Of a stretch of 64,000 bases of DNA, positions 17,822 to 28,418 are shown in pieces. Each line of letters starts with the position of its first letter. Within the stretch, counting starts at the first letter, position 1. Under the pieces are notes generated by a model. The model did not search any database, was not told the DNA's origin, and worked only from the letters and a program-made list of their open reading frames with translations. Both the position numbers and the translations under genes were made by a program. The stretch is from Nitrosopumilaceae archaeon. Lineage in GTDB: Archaea > Thermoproteota > Nitrososphaeria > Nitrososphaerales > Nitrosopumilaceae. The stretch is taken from positions 672,001 through 736,000 of the forward strand of contig OZ242365.1 in NCBI GenBank assembly GCA_965208905.1, in the 5' to 3' direction.

Positions 17822-19579
17822 TTACTTTTCAGATGTAATGACAGGTATTGTTGTATTATTCTTGACATCAATTAATCCATTGCTCTGTATTCGTATATGG
17901 GGCAGTGCCAAAAACGGCAAGAATAACGGTATCAGATGAGGTTCCTCATATGTACATCCTAATTTTTTAAACGACTCTCGTACCTCTACAAACTGCTCAG
18001 CTACATCACCCATCTTCGTATCGGATATTATTCCTGCTATGGGCAATGGCATATGTGCATGGGCATCTCCCTGTATCACTGTGGCTGTACCCCCACCTGA
18101 TCTGATGAGTAAGTTTATAGCTGTAGCCATATCTGAATCACTATTCCCTATTGCAATGATATCATTGTCGTGAAATGTAGCAGTGGTGGCCATGCCGCCA
18201 TACCCTGTACCAAAATTTTCCAAGAACCCTAATGTCTTTTGTGTACCATCGCGCTTGATCGCAGCCACCTTCCACACTGTATCTGTGGTGCATACCCTTT
18301 CATTCTGTATGGGTAATGTGGCATTTCCCAGTTTTGTTATAATTTCGGTCCGCAGTTGTATGGTGTTGACTGCTACCTCATCACCCCGAGCATGAATGGC
18401 TAGGTCCGTCTCGTATAACGTGTCGACACCCACTGTCTCATAAAGCCATTGAGGCACTTTGATGGTCTGATTATGTTTAGCGGGCCTGTGGCCATCTATT
18501 ATGGTGGTGTGTATGTCGAATGACTCTATATTGTTTAGTAATATTATGTCTGCCAGTCGTCCGACCGATATGCCGCCCAACATGTGATCCATCCTGTAGT
18601 ATCGAAAGATATTGAGGCTTGCCATGGAGATGACCTGTACTGGATTTATACCTGCCCTTATGGCCTCTCGAACACAATGGTCCATGTGGCCTGCCTGCAT
18701 GTCTGTTGGATTTAATCCGTCCGTGCACAACATCAGTCTACTTGTGTCTATACCTTTTGATGAGATCTCTTTTAGTATGTCGTAGAGATCTCGTCTTATT
18801 GAACCCTCGCGTGCCATGACGTACATGCCCATCCTTAGTCGTTCTATGGTTTGGTCATAATTGATGGGTTCATGACATGATGCTATTCCAGACGCTGCAT
18901 ACATTGCTAACTTTGTACCTGACATGCCTGCTGTATGACCATTGATCATACCTCCTAACTCTTGCACCTCCGCCATATTTTGTATTGTAGCGTTATCTTG
19001 TTTGGTTACCTTGGTCCATGCAAACACCTCCCCCATACCAAATATGTCATCTCGTCCCATCAATTGGCCTATCTGCTCTGGCGTTATGCCTTTTGCATTA
19101 CTTAGTCTTGGGTCTACTGGCACACCACCTGGTATGCAATTAAAGACTCGAACCTGTGCCATCTTACATATATCCGCAAACCAGACCAAGCCATCATATC
19201 CACATATGCTGGTTATGTCTACCGGGTCTGAAAACAGGGTGGTGGTGCCATGTTGTATAGCGTATTTGGCTATATCATTGGGCAGTACAAACTGATCTAT
19301 GTGTATATGTGGGTCTGCAAGAGCAGGAGCGGCATATTTGCCTTTGGCATCTATTATGCGAGTCTCTCTTCCTGTAACGTGTGATGCATCCGGACCCACA
19401 TATGATATGCGCGATTTGTATATTGCAATATCAATATCAGGTATTATCTCTCCGGTGTACACTGATACCAAAGAGCAACCCTTTATTACAACTTGAGACT
19501 TTCTCTCCCCTGACACTGCTTGGACTAACTCTGAAATTTCAGTTTGCTGCACTATACACTGTTGAGTATCATTATACAA
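17822..19579 (-). CDS. ade: Adenine deaminase
   Basis: DPHIHID, GEV, NGH, CHE, REGS, CTD, GRLADI, C-terminal LPIAG..FLALP. Confidence 0.88.
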   Translation of the reverse strand: MYNDTQQCIVQQTEISELVQAVSGERKSQVVIKGCSLVSVYTGEIIPDIDIAIYKSRISYVGPDASHVTGRETRIIDAKGKYAAPALADPHIHIDQFVLPNDIAKYAIQHGTTTLFSDPVDITSICGYDGLVWFADICKMAQVRVFNCIPGGVPVDPRLSNAKGITPEQIGQLMGRDDIFGMGEVFAWTKVTKQDNATIQNMAEVQELGGMINGHTAGMSGTKLAMYAASGIASCHEPINYDQTIERLRMGMYVMAREGSIRRDLYDILKEISSKGIDTSRLMLCTDGLNPTDMQAGHMDHCVREAIRAGINPVQVISMASLNIFRYYRMDHMLGGISVGRLADIILLNNIESFDIHTTIIDGHRPAKHNQTIKVPQWLYETVGVDTLYETDLAIHARGDEVAVNTIQLRTEIITKLGNATLPIQNERVCTTDTVWKVAAIKRDGTQKTLGFLENFGTGYGGMATTATFHDNDIIAIGNSDSDMATAINLLIRSGGGTATVIQGDAHAHMPLPIAGIISDTKMGDVAEQFVEVRESFKKLGCTYEEPHLIPLFLPFLALPHIRIQSNGLIDVKNNTTIPVITSEK

Positions 19580-19586
19580 AAAGCTA

Positions 19587-20207
19587 TCATTGAAAGTCGT
19601 TGTGAGAGAATATGTATTGAAAACTGCCCTCTTCTTCTAGTGCCATCTTGTGCTCCTTATCTCCCCGAAACAAGACACACATTGTACCGATATAGTCTAT
19701 ATTTTGATCTTTAATTGCGCGTATGGCCTTAAGAGATGACCCCCCACTTGTAATTACATCATCTAGTATCATGACCGGAGGCGCTGGTCTTCCTTCTATT
19801 GTGTTGCCTGTTCCATGACCCTTGATATCTTTGCGCACATAAAACCACTCTAAGGGTGCAGTACTCTTCTGTGCAAGACTCATACATGATGTAGCTACTG
19901 ATAATGGAATTGCTCCTGACTCTAGTCCGCCAATTGATGCTGTGTCTGTTTTTTGTATCATCTTGTATAAGAGGGCGGCGGCTAACGCAAGCCCATCAGA
20001 CCCTAGATTTTTTATATTAAAGTATTCGGAGCTTGTTATGCCCGAGGCCAGCTTAAATGGTTTATCGGATTTTATCCAGACTCGTTCTTTTATTATATTG
20101 TAAAGGCCGTCTTTGAGATCTATAAATTTTGTTGATTTTAAGTCATCAATAAATGGATTCATCATACTCACCAATGTAATATCATTTAAAATAGCTTCCC
20201 ACCGCAA
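19587..20207 (-). CDS. pyrE: Orotate phosphoribosyltransferase (start uncertain)
   Basis: FKLASG..YF, GGLESGAIP, VRKDIKGHG, PRPP motif ILDDVITSGGS. Confidence 0.9.
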   Translation of the reverse strand: MRWEAILNDITLVSMMNPFIDDLKSTKFIDLKDGLYNIIKERVWIKSDKPFKLASGITSSEYFNIKNLGSDGLALAAALLYKMIQKTDTASIGGLESGAIPLSVATSCMSLAQKSTAPLEWFYVRKDIKGHGTGNTIEGRPAPPVMILDDVITSGGSSLKAIRAIKDQNIDYIGTMCVLFRGDKEHKMALEEEGSFQYIFSHNDFQ

Positions 20208-20949
20208 ATATACATACCTCTTGATGATGTTCCAAAGGTCTAATCTGGCTGTAAATAAATTACAATCTTGTCAGAACCAATCTTATCTGTGTTGGCGATA
20301 TTAAAATTACATTTTTGCGTTTTAATTATTTTTTATTTTAACTCTAATAGTGCATGTGTATTACCGAGCCTCCTAAATGAGTACAACAACTGGTATTATA
20401 TGCGCTAAGTTTTTTATAATAATAAATTCTTAGCACGATTATGTGCAATTGATGATCTTAATATTATATATTTTTTTGACTACTGATTAAATTTTCTTGT
20501 ATATGCCGCAATGGATAAATTTGTGTACCAACAATGAACTATTTTTTGTGTATATTAAAATATGCCATTTTTATTGGCATTTAGTAGGATAAGATTATAC
20601 CACTAAATACTAATTTTGTTATAATGTCCAGTAAATAGTGAAAAACGAACTAAGACGTTATTGAACATACTCCTGATGCGATGCTGTGTTTGCTTTTGAT
20701 ACATCATGTATGTGATTACAAAATAAAGCCAAAATAAGCAACAAAAATGTTGTTCAAAAGCAAGTCAATATGCCATAATGTAGTGACAAAAATATTCTGT
20801 AAATGTAGTAGCATGACCTTACATACATAATTTGGACTGCTCTGGCCAGAACGGGATAGGGCCACCTATATTGTATAATTATACATAACCCCACTTTTTT
20901 TATGAGGGATGACTTGTCAACCCCATGAGTGGTTGGGGTATGATATGAT

Positions 20950-22455
20950 CTATTTGCCGTTTGTTATGCCAAAGATACGCCGGAAGTACTCCGAGTTCTC
21001 ATGCGGCTCTTCAGTATCATCAATGCCCGCCAGCTTCTTGGCTAGATTCTTCTTGTAGCCAAGCTGCATCTGACGTTGTATCTGAATACGTTGCGCCTGT
21101 GGGGAGCCAGCACCATGCATAGACTCGGTGAGGTATCCCACAGCGTTTCTGCCCATCGTCATATTCTCTATCAATCTAAGTATCCTGGCGCGACTCTCTA
21201 CATCCACACCCTTGCGCCCAACAAAGTACTTGCGCAAAAGCTTGCCTATCTCTGGATCCTTAAAGTCCTGCTCAGCAGGTAGTGTGACTAGAAGACCTCC
21301 AGCTACATCTTGCGCACGTCGCGCAATCTCGTACGGGAACCGTGTGACGTTATGTTTGCAGACCTGCGCCAACATATCATCATTGAGATATACACCAGAC
21401 TTCATGGGATGCGCCAGAAATGAGGATGACGTGCCACAACCAAATATCGTCTCGTTTAGATGGTTCATCTCTACCAATTTGTCCCGTATATGTGACACCT
21501 TGGGTACGCCATTATAGTCTGCAATGACGCCCGCAGCACCTATCAACACATCCCCCACTCCGGTCTTACAGACATAACTACGTCTATGATAACATGTGAA
21601 TCTCTCTACCAACATCGCGGCAAACTCCCACTCACCATGCATAAACACATACTCCCATGGAATAAAGACACGATCCATAATCAGTGTGGCTTCCTGTCCT
21701 CCATACTGCTCGTTGCCCACATCAATATCGCCACCCTCCATGGAGCGGGTATCACAGGACTGCCTACCGTATACGTATATTATGCCGGGTGCGTCGGCTC
21801 GAAATGCACCCACTATGGCGTAGTCGCGGTCATCCTCGGCGAGCCTTATGGTTGGCATTATTATTATCCAGTGTGAGTTAATGCAACCGGTCTGATGGGC
21901 CTTGGCACCTGTCACGTATATGCCCTTCTCGTCTGCATCTACTACGTGCGTATACATATCCGGGTCGGCCTGCTCGGATGGGGTCTTGCTGCGGTCACCC
22001 TTTGTATCTGTCATGGCGCCACCAATGACCTCATTTGTCTCCTGCACCATGCGCACAAAGTCCAAGAATCGTTTGTGATAGTTGGTGTTGTGCTTCTCAT
22101 CTATCTCATAGGTTACAGAGTGCAATGCATTGAGCGCGTCCATACCCACACACCTCTGAAAACACGTACCAGTATTCTGGCCTAATTTACGCTGCATTAA
22201 ATTCTGTCGTACCAAATCCTGAGCGCTCTCTGCAATGTGTAGAAAGCGGTTCACCCTCTTCCCAGCTATCTTGGACTCAGCAGTGGCTAACTCTTCCTCC
22301 CGAACTGCTAAATCATAAGTCTCAGCGACTGCATTTATGGAGGGGCGTACCATGGGGTGGTCCACAGGTTCATCCACCCACTCTCCCAAAATACGTACTT
22401 TCAGGTTGCGTCCACGCAGGCTCTCTATATAGTCAGCACCTGTGCGTATGCCCAT
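20950..22455 (-). CDS. abfD: 4-hydroxybutyryl-CoA dehydratase (3HP/4HB CO2-fixation cycle)
   Basis: CFQRCVGMD, GAMTD.KGDRS, GAKAHQTG, YHRRSY.CK, ESMHGAGSPQAQ. Confidence 0.95.
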   Translation of the reverse strand: MGIRTGADYIESLRGRNLKVRILGEWVDEPVDHPMVRPSINAVAETYDLAVREEELATAESKIAGKRVNRFLHIAESAQDLVRQNLMQRKLGQNTGTCFQRCVGMDALNALHSVTYEIDEKHNTNYHKRFLDFVRMVQETNEVIGGAMTDTKGDRSKTPSEQADPDMYTHVVDADEKGIYVTGAKAHQTGCINSHWIIIMPTIRLAEDDRDYAIVGAFRADAPGIIYVYGRQSCDTRSMEGGDIDVGNEQYGGQEATLIMDRVFIPWEYVFMHGEWEFAAMLVERFTCYHRRSYVCKTGVGDVLIGAAGVIADYNGVPKVSHIRDKLVEMNHLNETIFGCGTSSSFLAHPMKSGVYLNDDMLAQVCKHNVTRFPYEIARRAQDVAGGLLVTLPAEQDFKDPEIGKLLRKYFVGRKGVDVESRARILRLIENMTMGRNAVGYLTESMHGAGSPQAQRIQIQRQMQLGYKKNLAKKLAGIDDTEEPHENSEYFRRIFGITNGK

Positions 22456-22589
22456 ACTATATCTATATGGAAAGACCTATAAAAATTACAGTGTTGACTC
22501 GTTACAGTGACTTAAAAGTATGCAGAGTTGACTTTGGTATGTGATAGGTTTCATCTATGCTTAAATTACTCTTCTAAACAGAGTGTATT

Positions 22590-22871
22590 ATGAACATACC
22601 AAAGACCATCCGCCGCTACTGTCCTAAATGCGACACGCACACAGAACAAAAGATATCCATCTATAAGGCAGGTAAGAGGCGAGGGTCTGCGCGAGGAGAG
22701 CGACGCCACGCTGAGCGCAAGCATGGGTATGGCGGGCAAAAGTTTCCAAAACTAGCAAAGCCTGCCAAGGTAACAAAAAAAGTTACTCCCCTGTTAACCT
22801 GCTCTATATGTAAAAAGAAGTTCAACACGTATGGTATACGCATTAAAAAGTTTGAGTTGGTGGCCGCATGA
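22590..22871 (+). CDS. rpl44e: 50S ribosomal protein L44e
   Basis: YCPKCDTHT, GYGGQKFP, KVTKK..CSIC. Confidence 0.97.
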   Translation: MNIPKTIRRYCPKCDTHTEQKISIYKAGKRRGSARGERRHAERKHGYGGQKFPKLAKPAKVTKKVTPLLTCSICKKKFNTYGIRIKKFELVAA

Positions 22872-23065
22872 AGAAAGATCATCAACTTATTCCCAAACCT
22901 TCCAGTAAATTTCAGAAGGTGTCATGTCAGGAATGCCAAGAGGTACAAGTGGTATATTCACATGCCACTACGCCGGTGATATGTAACTCTTGTGGCAACG
23001 CACTAACAAAATCTACCGGTTCCAAGACTATTGTATTCGGCCAGATTGTGGGTAGCGTCGAGTAA
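22868..23065 (+). CDS. rps27e: 30S ribosomal protein S27e
   Basis: PSSKFQKVSCQEC..VYSHA..CNSCG; ATGA overlap with rpl44e. Confidence 0.96.
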   Translation: MKKDHQLIPKPSSKFQKVSCQECQEVQVVYSHATTPVICNSCGNALTKSTGSKTIVFGQIVGSVE

Positions 23066-23617
23066 CGCCCAGTCTTGTGGTGTATTTAGGTTGGCGGCTA
23101 CACGCATGTCATTTATTATTATGCGTCTTGTGGGAGTGGAGAATCTACGACTAGGCTTGACCATGGATACTCCTGTGTATCTACATAATGTATCATTATG
23201 TGTAATAGTTATACCCGGCGAGAGACGCAGCATGGCCGCATACTTTTCTGTAATCAGTATCTCTGTCCAGTGACACTCATCGTATAGTTTTGACATATGT
23301 GATATTATCTCCGCATCTATGCACGGCAAGTCTCCAGGAAGTATCATCACTGGATATAACAACTGATCAAGCGCATATGATAAATCTACAGAGTACCCTT
23401 TACCTCTGGTCTCTATGACATCTATGTCATATTTTTGTAGTATCTGATATGTTCTAGGCGAACACTTGCTGGCCGCTACATATATGGTACTTATCTGTGG
23501 AGACTGCATTAGGGCATCAACCACACGTAATATGATGGGCCTATCCTTGGGTACGGATAACTTTTCAAGGTTATTTGTTCGTGTACTACTGCCTCCAGCC
23601 ATTATTAGACCGATCAT
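23003..23617 (-). CDS. cobY: Adenosylcobinamide-phosphate guanylyltransferase (CobY-like NTP transferase)
   Basis: IMAGG.STR..EK, GYSVDL, PGDLP, NLNTPQD; lies in the cob cluster. Confidence 0.82.
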   Translation of the reverse strand: MIGLIMAGGSSTRTNNLEKLSVPKDRPIILRVVDALMQSPQISTIYVAASKCSPRTYQILQKYDIDVIETRGKGYSVDLSYALDQLLYPVMILPGDLPCIDAEIISHMSKLYDECHWTEILITEKYAAMLRLSPGITITHNDTLCRYTGVSMVKPSRRFSTPTRRIIINDMRVAANLNTPQDWALLDATHNLAEYNSLGTGRFC

Positions 23618-24324
23618 ATTGAGACAACCACTGCTATCGAGACTGCCCTACTTGCCTCGTTTATGGCGCCAAATACATCGCCGGTCATACCATGTATGGT
23701 GCGTTTTGCTATGTATAGTATTGTAATAGATGTCAGTACGCCTGCGAGCATGGGCAATACCATATGTGGCGCAAATATGACCGGTACGACCCACCATGCC
23801 GTAGATATGATTAACTGCCGTCTGTTCATATTTGCGCAGAATGTGGCCCCTGAACCTCCAGCTGCAGGCCTTCCCAAATACGATGCTACTATCATGGAGT
23901 ATTTGGCGGCCACCTCAGCTACAATTATGGCTACAAATATCTCCATGCCGCCTACCTGTGATGCTGATGCCAAGAAACAAGCGATGCATAGTATCACTGC
24001 GGTTATGCCACCAGTACCCACCATCTTGTCCCGCATTATCTGTAGTCTCTTCTTGGAATCGCCCCGGCCCATCAAACCATCGACAAAGTCTGCCAAGCCA
24101 TCTGTATGGTGTAGCCCGGTTATTATGGAGAGTGTTGCTAGAGCTGCAACTGCCGCCAAGAGAGGCTCTGCGTACAATGATACTATCCATCCGACGCCCC
24201 CACTTATGACACCTAATAGTAGTCCGACCACCGGAAACCAGTGTTGCGATGTTGATACCTTCTCTAAACTACCATGCCTCACAGGTATTATACTCAGAAA
24301 TGAGATTGCATCTACAAGACCCAT
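23614..24324 (-). CDS. cobS: Adenosylcobinamide-GDP ribazoletransferase (cobalamin synthase)
   Basis: FLSIIP, TGLHHTDGLADFVDG, IMRD, GMTGDVFGA.NE; multi-TM. Start moved to MGLVDA. Confidence 0.92.
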   Translation of the reverse strand: MGLVDAISFLSIIPVRHGSLEKVSTSQHWFPVVGLLLGVISGGVGWIVSLYAEPLLAAVAALATLSIITGLHHTDGLADFVDGLMGRGDSKKRLQIMRDKMVGTGGITAVILCIACFLASASQVGGMEIFVAIIVAEVAAKYSMIVASYLGRPAAGGSGATFCANMNRRQLIISTAWWVVPVIFAPHMVLPMLAGVLTSITILYIAKRTIHGMTGDVFGAINEASRAVSIAVVVSI

Positions 24325-25259
24325 TGCCACACCTGAGCCATTACATATGTTATACCACAGGCTATGCCGCCAAAGATATAGGACGTACACTTCATTATAC
24401 GAATGGAGTCTCTGATATCTTTTACATTAGCCTCCCGGCCAGAACCAACTGAATACTTGCCTGGCTTTTCCAGTGTAATGTTCAGCGCCCCGGCCATGGC
24501 AGAGATTGTATATCCGGAGTTTAGACTATCTGGTTTATTGTGATGTGTACGTATTGTGCTGTACGCGCCCCTGTAGTCGTACCGTAGTATGAGGGCCGAC
24601 AAGACCATGACATATGCGGTTATGCGCGCTGGGGCCCATCCTAGTATTGTATCGCAGTGGGCGCCAAACCATCCTACCTTCTCAAAGATATATGAGCGGT
24701 ATCCCGCCATGGAGTCTATGGTGTTTATGGTTCTAGATATGAGGGCTCCTACCACACCAAAGAGTCCCATGTAGAATAGTGGGGCGGTTGTGCCATCTGT
24801 TGTATTCTCTGCGACACTCTCTATGGTCCCTGAGCATATCTGACTGGCGGATAGATTGGCAGTGTCTCGCTTTACTATGCATGCCAAAGCAGCTTTGGCC
24901 TGCGTATCATTGGTTGTAACACGATTATACACTAGTATGGCGTGCCTCTCCATACCTCGTATTGATATCGTACTCTTCAGTATAAGTATGGATATTATAA
25001 TGTACAAGAATGGTATCAACAACTCGACAATATATACAAGTATGATTGCCGCCGTTGCCACCATACAACACGATGCTACAACTACTATTACGCCCCAATA
25101 TCTCTGCCGTCTGTAGGGTACCATTACTGCTATTATTTTGCCCACCCAGGCAGTTGGATGGTACCTATTTGGCGGATCACCCAGTGTAATATCTAACAGT
25201 ATTGCTCCTAATATTATGCCACATGGTATGGGCCAATATACATCTGGTATTATTATCAT
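24312..25259 (-). CDS. cbiB: Adenosylcobinamide-phosphate synthase (CbiB/CobD)
   Basis: GDPP..HP, VKRDT, ESVAENTTDG, NTIDSMAGY, PARIT, SLNSG. Confidence 0.92.
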   Translation of the reverse strand: MIIIPDVYWPIPCGIILGAILLDITLGDPPNRYHPTAWVGKIIAVMVPYRRQRYWGVIVVVASCCMVATAAIILVYIVELLIPFLYIIISILILKSTISIRGMERHAILVYNRVTTNDTQAKAALACIVKRDTANLSASQICSGTIESVAENTTDGTTAPLFYMGLFGVVGALISRTINTIDSMAGYRSYIFEKVGWFGAHCDTILGWAPARITAYVMVLSALILRYDYRGAYSTIRTHHNKPDSLNSGYTISAMAGALNITLEKPGKYSVGSGREANVKDIRDSIRIMKCTSYIFGGIACGITYVMAQVWQWVL

Positions 25260-26059
25260 GCTATATGGTCCAGAATACACTGCATATTGATATTATCTTT
25301 TATAGTCTTTGATATGGACTTGATGGCCTGCTCTGTGGATACTGTGGTATCATGATAGTCCAGAGAGTCTTCGGAGGGTAGTTGTACGTCTGTGTATGGT
25401 ATTACTCCTATGGTATCAATACTGGTGACTCTTTTGACATGCTGTATCCCGGCATCTAGTATGCTGACATCCCCTCGAAATTTGTTTATTATAAAACCCG
25501 CCACCATTTTGGCGTGATGTTTGGGTAGTAGTGACACTGTACCTATCATCTGCGCAAAACATCCTCCCCTTTCAATATCTGCGGTTATTATCACAGAGGC
25601 GTTGGCTATGTCTGCCATGGTCATATTTGCCATGTCAAATGGTATGTTTATCTCGGCCGGCGAGCCGGCCCCCTCTAATATTATGACATCATGTCTCTGT
25701 TGTAGACTTTTAAAAGCAGCCGTAGCTACCCGTATACCTTCGGCCTCTGCATACTTGTAGTATGTATGCGTGTCCATAACGCCTCTACTCTCTCCCATCT
25801 GAAAGACTTCACTTGATGTCTCATTATATGGTACTAATAGTATGGGGTTTATCTCTGGTGTTACTGTGCAACGCGCCGCCTGTGCTTGTATGGCTTGGGC
25901 ACGAGACATCTTTAATGTATCATACGTGAATGAGGACATGTTCTGTGATTTGAATGGTGCTACATCATAATTCATGTCTGATAGTATGCGGCAGAGCGCC
26001 GTTACCAGTGTGCTCTTGCCGGCCCCAGACATGGTTCCCTGTATCATTATACACGGCAT
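25256..26059 (-). CDS. cobQ: Cobyric acid synthase, short form (synthetase domain only)
   Basis: IQGTMSGAGKS, PFKSQNMS, EGAGSPAEIN, DIERGG, INKFRGD, LPSEDS. Confidence 0.9.
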   Translation of the reverse strand: MPCIMIQGTMSGAGKSTLVTALCRILSDMNYDVAPFKSQNMSSFTYDTLKMSRAQAIQAQAARCTVTPEINPILLVPYNETSSEVFQMGESRGVMDTHTYYKYAEAEGIRVATAAFKSLQQRHDVIILEGAGSPAEINIPFDMANMTMADIANASVIITADIERGGCFAQMIGTVSLLPKHHAKMVAGFIINKFRGDVSILDAGIQHVKRVTSIDTIGVIPYTDVQLPSEDSLDYHDTTVSTEQAIKSISKTIKDNINMQCILDHIA

Positions 26060-27129
26060 GATTCTATCAATTGCTCGCATAGTATTTTGTTTTTGTCATG
26101 GGTCTTTGTGGATATGCGTATATGATACGGCATGCCAAAACTAGTGCAGTCCCGAACCAGTATTTTGCGTTTGAGGAGTTTATTTTGTATTGTAGTGGCT
26201 AGCTGTTTGGTACGAATGACCATGTAGTTTGCATCTGAGCGTATGGGTTCCATGTATGGGGATTCAGATAATATATTATACATAAACGGCATCTGCGTGC
26301 GTATTATTTGATGTGCGTCTGTAATATGTTCTGGATGTTTTAGTGCCTCTTTGGCAGCTGTCTGCGCAACCGTACCTATACACCAGGGTATGCGATACTG
26401 TCGTATCCCTTTTGTTATCGTATCATTTGCAATACAGTATCCGACTCTTAGTCCTGCCAGACCAAATGATTTGGTCATTGTCCGTATTATGACTAGATTG
26501 GCATAACGTTTTACATACTTCAGTACGGATTCATCTCTGTCTGGAGTTAACTCTATGAAACATTCATCAACTACCACTGTACAGTTGGCATCCTTACCTG
26601 CCTTTATTATGTCATGTATGGTGCTGTGGCATGCCAGTCTGCCTGTGGGGGCTGATGGGTTACAGACAAAGACGCAGCCATCTTGCGGTATTGCCTGAAT
26701 AAATTTATCCTTGTCTCTTGTTATGTTGTCTGTCTGTTGTAATATTGTGTTACAGTTGTATAATTTGGCAGCAGTTACGTACTCTCCAAATATGGGGAAC
26801 TGTATCAGGACAGGTTTTTGTGTCATATGTCTACATATGTTGTATATTGTATCGGTGGCGCCATTTGTTGCCGTTACATACTCGGGTTTTATGCCCAAAT
26901 ATTTGGATATATCTTGCTCCAATGATGTATTGTAAATATCCGGATACTCGGTGGATTGATCTAATACATCTCTTAATGTATTGTATATTGTATGATGCAT
27001 ACCCAGCGGATTCACACTGGTGCTGTAGTCTGTGATATCTTCCAGCCCCATACTACGTGCTCCCCCATGTGTAGTCCCTGTCATGATATGTTGTGTACGT
27101 ATTGTATCGGCTTTAAGGTAATTGCGCAT
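26047..27129 (-). CDS. cobD: Threonine-phosphate decarboxylase (class I/II PLP enzyme, CobD/CobC-like)
   Basis: HGG..DYSTSVNP, NGA, CNP, VDECF, TMTKSFGLAGLRVGY. Start trimmed from the over-extended ORF. Confidence 0.85.
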   Translation of the reverse strand: MRNYLKADTIRTQHIMTGTTHGGARSMGLEDITDYSTSVNPLGMHHTIYNTLRDVLDQSTEYPDIYNTSLEQDISKYLGIKPEYVTATNGATDTIYNICRHMTQKPVLIQFPIFGEYVTAAKLYNCNTILQQTDNITRDKDKFIQAIPQDGCVFVCNPSAPTGRLACHSTIHDIIKAGKDANCTVVVDECFIELTPDRDESVLKYVKRYANLVIIRTMTKSFGLAGLRVGYCIANDTITKGIRQYRIPWCIGTVAQTAAKEALKHPEHITDAHQIIRTQMPFMYNILSESPYMEPIRSDANYMVIRTKQLATTIQNKLLKRKILVRDCTSFGMPYHIRISTKTHDKNKILCEQLIESCRV

Positions 27130-27213
27130 GGCACTGTACAGACACTGTACAGGCGCAGATACAATGCTATAGAAAAGAGTAGAATTATTAAACGATTTTT
27201 TAATTACCATATT

Positions 27214-28290
27214 ATGAAGAAACGCGTAGCCATCATAGGTGCCACTGGCGCTGTTGGCCAGGAATTTATCCAGTCTCTGGACGGACATGAATGGTTTGAA
27301 GTAACACAGATTGCGGCCTCTGAACGCTCTGCGGGCAAAACCTACGTGGAAGCCATACGGGATGGCAATACTGGCATAATATCTTGGGATATGGATGGCG
27401 AGATTCCAGAATATATAAAAAATATGAAGGTTAGAGCCGTTGATGAGGTAGATGTCTCGACACTGGACTTGATATTCTCTGCAGTGGAGGATGCATCTGC
27501 CAAAGATATAGAGACAAAGTTTGCTAAGGATTTGCCTGTGATATCTACAAGTTCTGCGTACAGATACGAGGATGATGTTCCCATACTGATACCTGGTATT
27601 AACGATGACCATGCAGAGCTGTTGGAAACACAGAAGAAGAACCGCTCCTGGAATGGCTGGGTTGCACCTCTGCCTAACTGCACAACTACGGGTTTAGTTA
27701 TAACGCTAAAACCACTTTTGGATGAGTATGGCGCCAAGAAGGTGATGATGACCTCCATGCAGGCCATATCTGGTGGTGGTATGACCGGAGTGGCCGCCAT
27801 GGGAATTACAGATAATATACTGCCTTACATACCAAAGGAGGAGCATAAGGTGCGCGTTGAGACCCGCAAGATACTGGGTCAATTAAACGGAGACAAGATA
27901 GATGAGGCTGACATACGCGTGAGCTGTACATGTACTAGGGTTCCTGTACTTGATGGTCACACCGAGTCTGTCTTTGTAGAGACCTCCAAGGATGTAGATC
28001 CTGAATCTGCTGAGCAGACATACGACAGATACAACTCTGATGTATCAACAATCGGACTGCCCTCGGCACCAGAGAAATACTTTGCCGTTCACAAAGACCC
28101 CACACGTCCACAACCGCGTCTGGAGAGAGCCGTGGGTGATGGCATGACAACTACAATTGGCCGCTTGGAGAGAGAGGAACTCTTCGATAAGGGGCTTAAA
28201 TACATGCTCTTCTCACACAACAAAAAGATGGGCTCTGCCAAAGGGGCCGTACTATTGGCTGAGATGCTCTACAAGAAGAACAAAATATAA
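27214..28290 (+). CDS. asd: Aspartate-semialdehyde dehydrogenase
   Basis: IIGATGAVGQ, PNCTT, QAISG, CTRVPVLDGH; start at MKKRVA. Confidence 0.96.
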   Translation: MKKRVAIIGATGAVGQEFIQSLDGHEWFEVTQIAASERSAGKTYVEAIRDGNTGIISWDMDGEIPEYIKNMKVRAVDEVDVSTLDLIFSAVEDASAKDIETKFAKDLPVISTSSAYRYEDDVPILIPGINDDHAELLETQKKNRSWNGWVAPLPNCTTTGLVITLKPLLDEYGAKKVMMTSMQAISGGGMTGVAAMGITDNILPYIPKEEHKVRVETRKILGQLNGDKIDEADIRVSCTCTRVPVLDGHTESVFVETSKDVDPESAEQTYDRYNSDVSTIGLPSAPEKYFAVHKDPTRPQPRLERAVGDGMTTTIGRLEREELFDKGLKYMLFSHNKKMGSAKGAVLLAEMLYKKNKI

Positions 28291-28418
28291 AATCCATATC
28301 ACGTTTGTAATAGAATTACATCAGCGTGTCTCCGCCACCGTACGTCATCTATGAGCAACATTCGCACAGGGTTTTCAATAATAATTTGGATAAGCGTGTC
28401 CAAACTATGCGCCACACC

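Noticed and set aside
23003-23065. Convergent overlap of rps27e and cobY (also guaA/ROK at 15231-15247)
   Set aside because: Short tail-to-tail overlaps are ordinary in compact archaeal genomes.
26992-27612. Long head-to-head overlap of ORFs 26047-27612 and 26992-28290
   Set aside because: Artefact of upstream start choice. Recognisable sequence begins near 27129 (minus) and 27214 (plus), leaving a short divergent promoter region.
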